A stretch of DNA of 64,000 bases from a virus. Its lineage: Duplodnaviria > Caudoviricetes. Positions 11,339-22,048 of the stretch are shown piece by piece; positions within the stretch are counted from its first letter, which is position 1; each line of letters opens with the position of its first letter. The stretch covers positions 128,001-192,000 of the IMG/VR virus record IMGVR_UViG_3300017766_003100; one strand, written 5' to 3'. The notes beneath the pieces are model-generated. The model ran no database searches, was not told where the DNA came from, and worked only from the letters and a program-made list of their open reading frames with translations. The translations under genes were made by a program, and so were the position numbers.

Positions 11339-14300
11339 TGGCCAATAAATTTACTTGTCCGCCACAAGGGGCTTCAGGTTCGGATACTTTTTCAGATAAT
11401 CTAGTTGGGGTTCAATTAGTTGCTGGTGGGGGTTTAACACAAGGTAATTTTAATTTTACTACGGCAGTAACGGAGAAGGTTAATCGTACTTTTAGTACGG
11501 GTGTATTCTCAAACCCTATGAGTTTAGACTCAATGGGCGTGAGTGATATTAATCAGGCTAAAGCAATTGTTGAGAATAACTTTAAAGTTTATCCAAATTT
11601 TGATTTATCTCAAGTATTAAATTATGCTACATATGGTTCATTATCCAAAAGGATTTCAGCATCAATAACAACAATCATTAGTTATTTTCCTGCTGCGATT
11701 GAATCTACAGCAATTGGTTTAAATTACACATCAGGAACAACAGCAACAAATATAATTTACAATGAGATTTCAAATGAAACTTCATTTGATTTGGATGTGT
11801 CAAGATTAAGAAATCCATTTGAAGTTGATTTTACAGTAAATTCGACAAGAAATTTACAACTTAGGGAAATTGAAGTGTCGCCATTGAGGGATATGACAGT
11901 TCAATATGCAAATTACTCATTATATTATTTAGATAATGGTTATAATGTTACTCGAATAATACCAACAAATAGTTTAACATCTGGAACATTAAAAATATAT
12001 GTTGCGGGTAATCCGTTTTCAGGTTCAAGTGAAAGTTATAATGATATTATTATTAGACCAAATGACTCAGTTGTTGCTAAAACATTCAATGAAGATTTAG
12101 ATGAAATTGAAAACTTTTTATTAAATAGAAATATTGTTCCGATATACACTTCTTCCTTTAAAGTTCCTGTTGAAGCTGAAGATGGTTCATTTTATATTGA
12201 AAATAGACTTGTAACTTGGCCACTATATGGTAGATGGAATCTTGACATTTTAACAGCAAATTTCCAATTATACCTATCCTCGCTTAATCAAATTAGTGAG
12301 TATTATGATGAATATAAAACAAATTTAATTTCAAGATTTTTAACCACTGGTGCTTTTAATGATTTTGACACTGATGGTAGAAAAATGGAAAAAGTACTTC
12401 AAATCTATGGTAGAAGTTTTGATGAAGTACAAAAATTTATTACAGCATTGTCTTTTATGACATCTGTAAATTACAATGTAGGAAATGATATCCCATCACA
12501 ATTATTAAGAAACTTAGCATTAACTTTAGGATGGAACACAAATATTACACCAATATCTAATGAGGATTTCCTTAAATCAGTATTTGGTGAAACAAATTAC
12601 GATAAATCAAATTATAGTGGTGTTGCCGTACAACCAACACCTGATGAACTAAATTATCAATATTATAGAAATGTAATATTGAATTCAGCTTTTCTTTTTA
12701 AATCTAAAGGAACAAGAAAATCAATTGAAGGTTTATTAAGAATGATTGGCGCTCCTGAAGCCTTAACTGAATTTAATGAATATGTTTATTTAGCCGACCA
12801 AAGAATAAATTTGGATGAATTTGATACGTATTGGGCTAATTTATCAGGTGGGACATCAATTACAGAAACACCAACATTAGAGGAAGGAAATGTATTTTCA
12901 ATACAAGGTATTGAATATACTGGTTTCACAACAACAAATACAATCCAAAGTGTAAATCTTTCATTATCAGATTATCCAATAGATAGTGAAGGATATCCAT
13001 CAGCACCAGTTGATTCGGAGAGTTACTTCTTCCAAATTGGGGGTGGTTGGTTTGAACAAACACCTCAACATAGAGGACCTGAAGTTGTTGATACTACATT
13101 CAGTGTATTCACAGGTCAAAGTACTGTATTACAAACAAGTTTACTACCACCAACTTACGGACAAATTTATTTAAATAGATTCAGAAAATTTCCATTTATG
13201 AATCTTGGGTTTGTATTGAAGTCTCAAATTGATAACAATAAAAGTTGGTATGATAATGAGGTAGGCTTAAGAAGTAATTTGGATGGAAATATTAATGCGA
13301 GATATTTTACTACCGATGACAGATTGGTGTTAAATGTCAAGAATGTTGACATATTTATGAACCCTGCTCAAGGTATTTTATATGATGTTTGGGCGATGTC
13401 TAGACAATATAATTACCCAATTCCAAACGAAGGATTAAATTATGTTCCACCAACTTATTGTGACCCTAATCCATATACTATCTACCCTGATAAAGGTGGT
13501 GTTGACTGGACAATAATTAATCCACAACCAGCACGTAAAACATTTTTTGAATTTGCTCAAACTTTTTGGCAAAATACAATTAATGTAAGAAATAGACAAT
13601 ATTCATCAAATGGTAAAACTGGGGGGTATCCAACATTAGAATCAATCTATTGGAAATATATTCAGTCTGAAGAATTTGCTGAAATACCTAATAACAATTT
13701 CAAGTATGATAATATGATTGAATATGTTAATGGTATGGGTGATTATTGGATTAGATTAATTGAACAAATGATACCCGCAACAACAATATGGAATACGGGT
13801 ATTAAAATGGAAAATTCAATTTTTCATAGACAAAAATTTGTATGGAGAAGACAAGAGGGATGTCAGTTAGTTCCAGGTGATAAGGGTGGAAGTCAAAGTA
13901 TACCACCAACAAAAGAAACTCAAGGAGGACCATTAGTTTCAACTCCACCTGCAGGATTTAGTGTTCCAACAATCAAAAATAAACCAGGTGGTGAAGGTAA
14001 AAGTGGAGGTGGAACTGGATATAAAGGTATGCCACCACTTTGTAGACCTTGTGCATTAATAACTAATATATTTGAATATGATTGTAATGTGGAATCTATT
14101 GAGTGTCCAATTTATCCTTGGGAATCTGACCCACAAGTTACATCACTTTCGGGTGTTTTAGGTAAAGTATTGAATACATATTTAGCCAATAATGGTTATG
14201 ATTTAAATGATTGTGTTCAGAATACTTTAACTAGTGAATGGTATATTGAACTTAAAGTGAGTGGTGTTACTATGGTTCAGACATCATTCTTTAATGGTGT

Positions 14301-14514
14301 TACCTTTTCATTCGCACCATTCAACGCGCCAACAGAAACTCAGTACTTTAATGCTTTAATTTCTTCTTTGGACTCTTTGAAAAATATGGGATATGATTAT
14401 TATTTAACAGACAACAATACAGTTGTTGTGTATAATCAAACTTGTCAAACGAATGACAATGGTTTGTTATTTACAATTGATATTGGTATAAACTTTCAAA
14501 TATATTGTAGTTAA
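11338..14514 (+). CDS. Baseplate wedge-like protein (P2 gpI/T4 gp7-like segment), 1058 aa
   Basis: LALTLGW...FLFKSKGTRKSIEGLLRMIG resembles the KGT motif of P2_I-type wedge proteins; TAATG coupling. Confidence 0.5.
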   Translation: MANKFTCPPQGASGSDTFSDNLVGVQLVAGGGLTQGNFNFTTAVTEKVNRTFSTGVFSNPMSLDSMGVSDINQAKAIVENNFKVYPNFDLSQVLNYATYGSLSKRISASITTIISYFPAAIESTAIGLNYTSGTTATNIIYNEISNETSFDLDVSRLRNPFEVDFTVNSTRNLQLREIEVSPLRDMTVQYANYSLYYLDNGYNVTRIIPTNSLTSGTLKIYVAGNPFSGSSESYNDIIIRPNDSVVAKTFNEDLDEIENFLLNRNIVPIYTSSFKVPVEAEDGSFYIENRLVTWPLYGRWNLDILTANFQLYLSSLNQISEYYDEYKTNLISRFLTTGAFNDFDTDGRKMEKVLQIYGRSFDEVQKFITALSFMTSVNYNVGNDIPSQLLRNLALTLGWNTNITPISNEDFLKSVFGETNYDKSNYSGVAVQPTPDELNYQYYRNVILNSAFLFKSKGTRKSIEGLLRMIGAPEALTEFNEYVYLADQRINLDEFDTYWANLSGGTSITETPTLEEGNVFSIQGIEYTGFTTTNTIQSVNLSLSDYPIDSEGYPSAPVDSESYFFQIGGGWFEQTPQHRGPEVVDTTFSVFTGQSTVLQTSLLPPTYGQIYLNRFRKFPFMNLGFVLKSQIDNNKSWYDNEVGLRSNLDGNINARYFTTDDRLVLNVKNVDIFMNPAQGILYDVWAMSRQYNYPIPNEGLNYVPPTYCDPNPYTIYPDKGGVDWTIINPQPARKTFFEFAQTFWQNTINVRNRQYSSNGKTGGYPTLESIYWKYIQSEEFAEIPNNNFKYDNMIEYVNGMGDYWIRLIEQMIPATTIWNTGIKMENSIFHRQKFVWRRQEGCQLVPGDKGGSQSIPPTKETQGGPLVSTPPAGFSVPTIKNKPGGEGKSGGGTGYKGMPPLCRPCALITNIFEYDCNVESIECPIYPWESDPQVTSLSGVLGKVLNTYLANNGYDLNDCVQNTLTSEWYIELKVSGVTMVQTSFFNGVTFSFAPFNAPTETQYFNALISSLDSLKNMGYDYYLTDNNTVVVYNQTCQTNDNGLLFTIDIGINFQIYCS

Positions 14515-17500
14515 TGGCTTGTAGTTTATTTGTAACATTAACTGGTTATACGGGTGATTGTTCAAACACAAATAGTGGTGCTTTTGGTTTAACCATTGAT
14601 GGTACAGCACCTGATTACACAATTCAGTGGATAAACCCTTCCTATGGTACAATTCCATTAGGTGCTGGTGTTACAGGATATAGTGTTAATTCACTCTCAG
14701 CAGGAACATATTCATTATATGTTGTTGATAGTTGTCCTTCGGGAAATACTTATTCATTATTAAATGTTTATATTTCATCAGGTTCTTGTGTATCTATTTT
14801 AGATAGTTCAAATACATCTTGTGGATTTGATAATGGGTCAATAACCACAGCAACTTCAAATCTTTATTTTGCGTCAACTTATTATTTATATGAACTCAAT
14901 GATGGATTTATATCATCAGGAGTTACCCAAAATACTAGTTATGAATTCAATTCTCTATCTGCAGGAACTTATTATGTTATTGCTGATGATGGTGGTGGTT
15001 GTAGTGGAAAATCTGAATCTTGTATTATAAAGAGTTCATCAACATTAAATTTTGGATTATATCAGATTAATAACTCAGCTTGTGTTAATAGTCTTGGTTC
15101 TTTATATGTTACAGGGTTAACTGGAACTCCCCCATATACTTATTCTTGGTTACCAAATGGTGAAACAACTTCTTTCATTACTGGGTTAACCAATGGTTCA
15201 TATTCAGTTGTAGTTACTGATGGATTAGGGTGTACAACATCTCAAGGTGCTATAATTGGACAAGTCCCAACTTTGGGTACTATTTTATTGAATGATGTAC
15301 AACCATCTTGTTTTTCAGCAACTGGTGAAACAACTTTATATATTTCAGGGGGTACAGCACCTTACCACATTCAAGGTTCTAATGGTGAAATTGCAATAAC
15401 TTTTTCAACAATTTATACATTTACTGGATTACCTGCAGGATATTTTTCAGTAGTAGTTACTGATGCGGGTCTTTGTCAATCAACAGCATATACCACATTA
15501 TTAACACCAAGTGCATTATCTGTTGTTACAATTAATGTTACTAATTCTAATTGTAATAATACAGATGGTGAAATATCAGTATCCGTATTTGGTGGGGCTG
15601 CCCCATACACATATACGTTAATTGACTCAAGTACCAATTCACAAATAGGAATACAACCAGTTCAAAATGCGGGTTTCATCTTTACTTCATTGAGTTCAGA
15701 TACTTACACGTTATTAATTAATGATTCATCAAATTTATGTCCATATTCAGGTACAGTTGTTGTTAGTAATAATGTGTTATTTACATTAACAGCACAAACA
15801 ACAAGTACAACTTGTGACCAACCTAATGGTTCAGTTACTTTGGGTATTACAACTGGTGGAACAGCACCATATAGATACCAAATCAATGGATTTGATATTT
15901 TAAATGTGACTGGTTTAACTTATAGTTTTACAAATCTATCATCAGGAAATTATACAGCAATTGTAACTGATGCTAATTTATGTTCACAAACATTACCATT
16001 TACAATTACAAATTTAGGGTCTCTTGATTTTGTTTTATCATCAACAAATCCTACTTTTGGAAATAATGGTGAAATAAGTACGTTAATAACAGATGGAACT
16101 CCACCATTTACATTAAATTGGAGTTCAAATGTTAATGGCCAAACTGGTTTAACAGTGACAGCATTAACTGCGGGAACTTATGTTTTAAGTATTACGGATT
16201 CTTTGGGTTGTACACAAACAAGAAGTTCAATATTAACTGGTTTTAATTTGGTTTCATCTTTTGAAACTTACAATATATGTGAAGGGGCATTAATAGATAA
16301 TGGTTCAAATGTTAGAAAAGGACCTCAACAAATGTTAATAGAAGGATTTACTGATTTAACATCAGGTGATACTAATTGTATATTAAATCAAGCTATTTTT
16401 GAAGTTGAAGTTACTTTATCAGGTGTTAGTGCGACAACGACAGCAACAACATTCTACACTGGAACAAGTATAAATGATTTCCCTGGTGATGACGATTATT
16501 ATTATGCCGTAAGGTCATTATTACTTGGATTTTCAGGTATAACTGATGTTATTATTGAACCTGTCCAAAATCAAATTACAATAGCAACAATTTGTAATCC
16601 ATCAGCGGAATATGTTGATGCTGAAATAATAATTGGAATAAAAATATATTACGATATAAGTTGTGAAGATACTGCACCACCAGTATTAGTACCATTTATA
16701 TTTACAATCGATACTACTAAATTATCGGCAGGTTCAAGTTTAGTTGACCAATTCCAATTACCTACAGTATCAGGTGGATATTATGATTTTGATGTTGATT
16801 GGGGTGATGGAAATACTGATGTTATAACAACTTGGAATGATTCAAATACTTTACATACATATACAGCAACTGGTATTTATCAAATTACTATTAATGGTCA
16901 ATTTAGTGGATTTTCATTCAATAATAGCGGAGACGTTGCTAAAATTTCATCTATTGAACAATGGGGTATATTAGAATTAGGTGATTCTCCTGGACATTTT
17001 TATGGTTGTGTTAATTTAGACTTGAGTGGAACTACAGATGTTATTGATTTGTCAACGACAACAACATTCCTCCAAACATTTAGGAATTGTACATCAATCA
17101 CAACAATTAATAATGCTGAGTTTTGGGATGTATCAACAATTACAGATATGACCGAAACATTTAGAAATGCAACATCATTTAATCATCCAATTGGTTCTTG
17201 GGATGTGTCAAATGTTACAACCACATTTAGAATGTTCCAAACTGCATTTGATTTCAATCAAGATATAAGTGGATGGGATGTATCTAATTTAGTTAACGCT
17301 TTTAATATGTTTACATCTGCAACATCATTTAATCAACCATTGAATAGTTGGAATGTATCTAATATTACAAATATGTCTGGTATGTTTCAAAGTGCGTTAC
17401 TATTTAATCAACCTTTAAGTGGATGGAATGTTTCTAACGTAACTAATATGAGTAATATGTTTTCAAACGCCTCTGTATTCAATCAAGATATTAGTGGATG

Positions 17501-18107
17501 GGATGTATCAAATGTTACAAATATGTCTGGTATGTTTAGTAGTACATTAGCGTTCAACCAACCTTTAAGTGGATGGAATGTTTCTAATGCAACTAATATG
17601 AGTAGTATGTTTTCAAATACTGCAGTATTTAATCAAGATATTAGTGGATGGGATGTATCAAATGTTACAAATATGCTTAGTATGTTTGGTAGTGCCTCAG
17701 CATTCAATCAACCTTTAAATGGGTGGAATGTATCGAGTGTAATAACTATGTTTGGTATGTTCCAAAACGCATCATCATTTGACCAACCAATAGACCTTTG
17801 GAATGTTTCTAATGTTACAGTTATGACTGGAATGTTCAATAACGCAATAACCTTTAATCAAGATATTAGTACTTGGAATATATCTAACGTTACTGATATG
17901 ACATCAATGTTAGATAATTGTGGAATGAATCAAAGTAAATATGAGGCATTATTAGTTAATTGGAATTTATTACCATCATTACAACTTAATGTGATTTTTG
18001 GTGTGAGTGGAAGACAATATCAAATAGGAAGTCCTAGTGACATTGCAAGGTCAAATATCATTGGAACATACGCTTGGACATTTATAGGAGACACCGCAGT
18101 ACCATAA
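14514..18107 (+). CDS. Adhesin-like tail protein: SprB-type repeats, PKD-like domain, BspA/DUF285 repeats (1197 aa)
   Basis: Repeated G.I.V...GGT.PY.Y...L..G.Y.V.VTD..GC units; DVDWGDGNT...HTY; C-terminal FNQxISxWxVSNVTxMxxMF repeats. Confidence 0.8.
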   Translation: MACSLFVTLTGYTGDCSNTNSGAFGLTIDGTAPDYTIQWINPSYGTIPLGAGVTGYSVNSLSAGTYSLYVVDSCPSGNTYSLLNVYISSGSCVSILDSSNTSCGFDNGSITTATSNLYFASTYYLYELNDGFISSGVTQNTSYEFNSLSAGTYYVIADDGGGCSGKSESCIIKSSSTLNFGLYQINNSACVNSLGSLYVTGLTGTPPYTYSWLPNGETTSFITGLTNGSYSVVVTDGLGCTTSQGAIIGQVPTLGTILLNDVQPSCFSATGETTLYISGGTAPYHIQGSNGEIAITFSTIYTFTGLPAGYFSVVVTDAGLCQSTAYTTLLTPSALSVVTINVTNSNCNNTDGEISVSVFGGAAPYTYTLIDSSTNSQIGIQPVQNAGFIFTSLSSDTYTLLINDSSNLCPYSGTVVVSNNVLFTLTAQTTSTTCDQPNGSVTLGITTGGTAPYRYQINGFDILNVTGLTYSFTNLSSGNYTAIVTDANLCSQTLPFTITNLGSLDFVLSSTNPTFGNNGEISTLITDGTPPFTLNWSSNVNGQTGLTVTALTAGTYVLSITDSLGCTQTRSSILTGFNLVSSFETYNICEGALIDNGSNVRKGPQQMLIEGFTDLTSGDTNCILNQAIFEVEVTLSGVSATTTATTFYTGTSINDFPGDDDYYYAVRSLLLGFSGITDVIIEPVQNQITIATICNPSAEYVDAEIIIGIKIYYDISCEDTAPPVLVPFIFTIDTTKLSAGSSLVDQFQLPTVSGGYYDFDVDWGDGNTDVITTWNDSNTLHTYTATGIYQITINGQFSGFSFNNSGDVAKISSIEQWGILELGDSPGHFYGCVNLDLSGTTDVIDLSTTTTFLQTFRNCTSITTINNAEFWDVSTITDMTETFRNATSFNHPIGSWDVSNVTTTFRMFQTAFDFNQDISGWDVSNLVNAFNMFTSATSFNQPLNSWNVSNITNMSGMFQSALLFNQPLSGWNVSNVTNMSNMFSNASVFNQDISGWDVSNVTNMSGMFSSTLAFNQPLSGWNVSNATNMSSMFSNTAVFNQDISGWDVSNVTNMLSMFGSASAFNQPLNGWNVSSVITMFGMFQNASSFDQPIDLWNVSNVTVMTGMFNNAITFNQDISTWNISNVTDMTSMLDNCGMNQSKYEALLVNWNLLPSLQLNVIFGVSGRQYQIGSPSDIARSNIIGTYAWTFIGDTAVP
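17178..17927 (+). repeat. Ten tandem 75-bp (25-aa) DUF285/BspA repeats
   Basis: FNHPIGSWDVSNV through FNQDISTWNISNV; FNQPLSGWNV and FNQDISGWDV units alternate with 150-bp DNA periodicity. Confidence 0.9.
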
Positions 18108-18111
18108 TAAA

Positions 18112-18136
18112 AAACCCCACCTAAAAAGTGGGGTTT
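18112..18136. terminator. Bidirectional intrinsic terminator between convergent operons
   Basis: aaaccccac-ctaaaaa-gtggggttt stem-loop between stops at 18107 (+) and 18141 (-). Confidence 0.8.
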
Positions 18137-18140
18137 AATT

Positions 18141-18740
18141 TTACCATATTTTTTCTTGTTTCATATAACCTAAAACACAACAATAAGCATCACTCATATC
18201 ATAATTTTCTTTTTTGAGTGTATTGTTTTTTGTATAAACCCAATTTATTTGGGGCTCTCTTTTTGCAACTTGTTCCCATATTATTTGTTTCTTATCACAA
18301 TCTTTTGGATGTCCACCAAATAATACGTATTTACCTTTTCCATTATCTTGAACTAACCAAGGGAAGGCATTCTTTCTTGAGTTATACGTTGATATATACT
18401 CAGGAACTATACCTAATATGTCATAGATTTCCTTTGAGATTAAAGTATTATATCTAAGTAGTGTTTGTATTGTATAAACATTATTTGAGTTCAACAGAGG
18501 CTCTTCTATGACCACATTTGTTATACCTAAATTTTTATATTCTGACAATTTAGATTTAAAAATTTCCGTTTTAAGAAATAATTCTTTAATTTTGTTGTCT
18601 TCTTTTGGTTTAACAATTGGTGATACGTGAGTTAATTCCAATAACTCTTTAGTTTCAATATCAAAAAGTGCCCAACCAATTGTTTTGGTGGACACGTCAA
18701 GACCTAGTATTTTAGGATTAGATTCAATTTTTTTGTTCAT
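18141..18740 (-). CDS. RuvC-like Holliday junction resolvase
   Basis: ILGLDVSTKTIGWA, VVIEEP and DMSDAY catalytic motifs of the RuvC/RNase H fold. Confidence 0.8.
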   Translation of the reverse strand: MNKKIESNPKILGLDVSTKTIGWALFDIETKELLELTHVSPIVKPKEDNKIKELFLKTEIFKSKLSEYKNLGITNVVIEEPLLNSNNVYTIQTLLRYNTLISKEIYDILGIVPEYISTYNSRKNAFPWLVQDNGKGKYVLFGGHPKDCDKKQIIWEQVAKREPQINWVYTKNNTLKKENYDMSDAYCCVLGYMKQEKIW

Positions 18741-18743
18741 ATA

Positions 18744-21700
18744 TTAGAAATCAAATTTCACTACAAATTGTTGAATACCCGTTCTTGGATAAGGTGATTG
18801 TAGCTTAGAAACAATCATAAGTGTTTTATCAGAATCGTAAAGACCTATTTCACTTATATGAACTTTTTTGGTATTATCCCAAGTTGGATTTGATGATGCT
18901 AAAAATTCAGATTGGCCTAAATTTATTTTATATCTCATCTCATAAATTGTTGCTTGAATATCAGTTTCAATGTTACCATAAAAATAATATTCATCACCAA
19001 AATTAAGATTTGTTGTAGTACCTGTTGGCAAGTGAATATAATCAGTTAAGACATATGTATCGGCATTATCATATAAATCTTGAGTAATAACAAAAGTATT
19101 ACCAGTTAACCCTGATTGGGTTAAGAAACCATTTATTGTTGAACCACTTAATTGGTCTGTAAAATCAATAATTTTCCATTCTGTTGGTTCTGGTCTACCA
19201 TTACCATCAATTTTTTGACATATAATTTCAAACTTATTTGCAATAAATCCGTTTTGTACATTACAGAATTCAGAACAAATTGTACTTGCGGTAACAGCTG
19301 AATATGTCGGACAAGTTCCAGTATAACTTCCATAAGTAGTTTCCTCTGAGACTTGAACAATTGCAGAATCTAAAGAACCATCCAAAGTTATAGCACAACC
19401 ACTATATGTAATTCCTGAAGTTATAATTGTTTCATCTGAAATAATAAAACTACAATCAACGACTTTAATTGTTGCACTATTTGCAGTTGTACTTGCCGAG
19501 TAACTACTACAAGTAATATCTACACAACTTTCAAATAAACTTGTTGTTAAACCAGTAACAGGAACAACATCAGGTGTCCAAGTTCCAATTGGAATATCAT
19601 TTTCAGTTAATCCTGTTAAAATGGCTATTCTAGTGTCTGCTGAATAAATCTCCCAAGTAGAATTATAATAAACCAATCTTTCAGCTAAATCAAAATTTGA
19701 TAAATAAAGATTTGTTGACCCACTCAAAGTATTATAATAAGGTATTGTTAAACAAGATTCATTTTCAACACATAATGTGACACATAATAAAGGATTATAA
19801 TTACATTCAGTATAACCTGTTATACCTCCTTCAAAATCAATTGTAAAGTCACCTATTAATCCACCATTTGTAAAATTAATTATTAGGTCAGTACTATTAT
19901 TGTTGGTTCTAATTACCCAATCATTACCATCATAAAAAATATTAGATATCAGTCCCTCGCCAAGAAAACTTCTAAATATTGGGTAACCATTCAAATTTTG
20001 GTCTGTGTTAATAAATGGATAAGCACTATAAGCGTTAGGGGATGTGTCTGGTTGTGGTAAAAACCAAAATGTGAAACCAGAATACCAACAAGGAGTAATA
20101 GATGTGTTAGCCGTAGCTAAACATGAAAATTCATCACCGAATCTTACACTAACATTTTGTGAAGATATTGGATTACAAGAAACATTAGGACCTTGAATAC
20201 TTTGATAGTAATTACAATGTAATGAATTTGTAAATCCTAAATCGTTTGATAATCTGTATGTCACATAAAAATATTCTGTATTACCAGTTAAAATGCCCTC
20301 AACTGAATTATTGTCTAGACCACAAATATTTGGTGTTATTAATGAAACTTTTGGTGCTGGTAAAGTCCAATTTCGATTTGACTTATATGACATTGCCGCG
20401 AGTAATTCTTCGTCATCAATAACAATTATTTTCAAGTCAGGAAATACTTTACCAACTCTATTTGGAATATTAGGCGTTGGTGCATTAGGATTTGGATTGT
20501 CATCCCACAAATGGAAATATCTTATACCAGGGTCATTCATATCAACATTCTTTGTTGATTTTAAATAATTAACTTGGAATAATTCCAAATCTTCAAAACC
20601 TGGTGGGTCAACCCAAAATGTTTGTCCTAAACAACAATTTGGATTTTTGTGCCACATAATCCAAGGTAAATGTATTTTGAAGTTTCTACCTTGACCAGTG
20701 GTGTCATTTGTTGTATCGTCAAATGGTTGCATTGCAAACTTTTCACCATAGAATAAATCAATTGTCTGATTTGTATAATGTATAATACCAATAGCTTTTT
20801 GGTCTTCAGGTAACACATTTACAACTTCATCAAATGAATTAAAATAAAAAGTTGAGCTAGTATCAGTTTGTCCACTACTTGAAGCATAACCCAAATATTC
20901 TTTAGTACCTAAGTAATTAACTGAACCAAATTTTGTATAATCATTTGAAACTGATGAGTCTAATCCTGCAGGACTTTCAGACCAAGGAATATTCATATTC
21001 CAAATCTTAACATCAAATTGGTCTGTATAACAAACAGATTCAAAGTTTATTACATTATCATTCCAATGTCTGAATGGAGTTATACTATCGTATATTTCAG
21101 TCATTTTTGGAGGGTATATAATAGTTCTTGCATAACAATCATTACCCAAATATGAGAAGTCAGGAGTTGGTCTATCTAATGTAATTGTATTCAAACAAAC
21201 TCCAACAATTCTATATGTTAAAATTGGGAAACAACTTTGTAAAGTCACTACACAATCTGGTGGTGCTGGTTGTGGACAAGCATTACTTGGTGTTGGTGTT
21301 GGACAAAACGTTGCACTAGGTGTTGGAGTTGGTGTAGGACTATCACAAGGAAATAAATTTGTGCTTGTGGGTGTTGGGGTTTGTGACACTGGGAACGATG
21401 GTGTCATTGATGGTGTTGGCGACACTGTTGGAGTTGGTGTAGGTGTTGGAAGATTTGAACAATTACAATCAACCAAACCAGTACCATCATAATAAATTGT
21501 TATTATATCACCAACGGCAAATCCTCTAACAACACTTGGATTACAACTATTAAAAACTAAATCAATTGTATTAGTACCATTCAATGTGTTCATCTGAACA
21601 ACATAGTTTGAATTAATAGTGTATAAATTATTTGTTAATGCACTCCAAGTATAATAGTTGGTATCATCTATTGGAGTTCCACTGAAAAACCCTCTTTCTG

Positions 21701-22022
21701 CGGCAGTATTATAGACCGAATCAATAATAGAATCCATAAAAGGAACACCATATGTGTTACCCCCAATGTTATCTACATAGATTGGGTATTTTACATTTTC
21801 TTTATTTGATTGTGGTGAACCTGCAATATTTTGAGCATTGAAACTTGGTTCGAAGACAAAGTAATTTGTCGGATTAAAATTAGGTATAACATTATAACTT
21901 ACTTCACTATCACCAATTTGGAAATAAGAAATATTGAAGTTACCTTCAGATAGTTTTTGTCTACCAGCATCTGTTAACCTTGTGTTTATTAAACCTGATG
22001 TATTTTTAAGAATATATCCCAT
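18744..22022 (-). CDS. Large virion/tail protein with Cys- and (PT)n-rich linker (1092 aa)
   Basis: PTPTPT region near the N-terminus; C-terminal ISEIGLYDSDKTLMIVSKL resembles tail-collar/fibre attachment domains. Confidence 0.55.
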   Translation of the reverse strand: MGYILKNTSGLINTRLTDAGRQKLSEGNFNISYFQIGDSEVSYNVIPNFNPTNYFVFEPSFNAQNIAGSPQSNKENVKYPIYVDNIGGNTYGVPFMDSIIDSVYNTAAERGFFSGTPIDDTNYYTWSALTNNLYTINSNYVVQMNTLNGTNTIDLVFNSCNPSVVRGFAVGDIITIYYDGTGLVDCNCSNLPTPTPTPTVSPTPSMTPSFPVSQTPTPTSTNLFPCDSPTPTPTPSATFCPTPTPSNACPQPAPPDCVVTLQSCFPILTYRIVGVCLNTITLDRPTPDFSYLGNDCYARTIIYPPKMTEIYDSITPFRHWNDNVINFESVCYTDQFDVKIWNMNIPWSESPAGLDSSVSNDYTKFGSVNYLGTKEYLGYASSSGQTDTSSTFYFNSFDEVVNVLPEDQKAIGIIHYTNQTIDLFYGEKFAMQPFDDTTNDTTGQGRNFKIHLPWIMWHKNPNCCLGQTFWVDPPGFEDLELFQVNYLKSTKNVDMNDPGIRYFHLWDDNPNPNAPTPNIPNRVGKVFPDLKIIVIDDEELLAAMSYKSNRNWTLPAPKVSLITPNICGLDNNSVEGILTGNTEYFYVTYRLSNDLGFTNSLHCNYYQSIQGPNVSCNPISSQNVSVRFGDEFSCLATANTSITPCWYSGFTFWFLPQPDTSPNAYSAYPFINTDQNLNGYPIFRSFLGEGLISNIFYDGNDWVIRTNNNSTDLIINFTNGGLIGDFTIDFEGGITGYTECNYNPLLCVTLCVENESCLTIPYYNTLSGSTNLYLSNFDLAERLVYYNSTWEIYSADTRIAILTGLTENDIPIGTWTPDVVPVTGLTTSLFESCVDITCSSYSASTTANSATIKVVDCSFIISDETIITSGITYSGCAITLDGSLDSAIVQVSEETTYGSYTGTCPTYSAVTASTICSEFCNVQNGFIANKFEIICQKIDGNGRPEPTEWKIIDFTDQLSGSTINGFLTQSGLTGNTFVITQDLYDNADTYVLTDYIHLPTGTTTNLNFGDEYYFYGNIETDIQATIYEMRYKINLGQSEFLASSNPTWDNTKKVHISEIGLYDSDKTLMIVSKLQSPYPRTGIQQFVVKFDF

Positions 22023-22027
22023 ACAGT

Positions 22028-22034
22028 ATAAATA
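22028..22034 (-). promoter_or_regulatory. Putative late promoter TATTTAT
   Basis: 5 nt upstream of the 22022 start on the minus strand. Confidence 0.4.
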
Positions 22035-22048
22035 TGTTAATTCATTTT

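Noticed and set aside
17178-17927. Possible CRISPR array or DGR template/variable repeat
   Set aside because: Repeats are in-frame 75-bp coding units without unique spacers; no reverse transcriptase gene and no evident adenine-specific mismatch pattern
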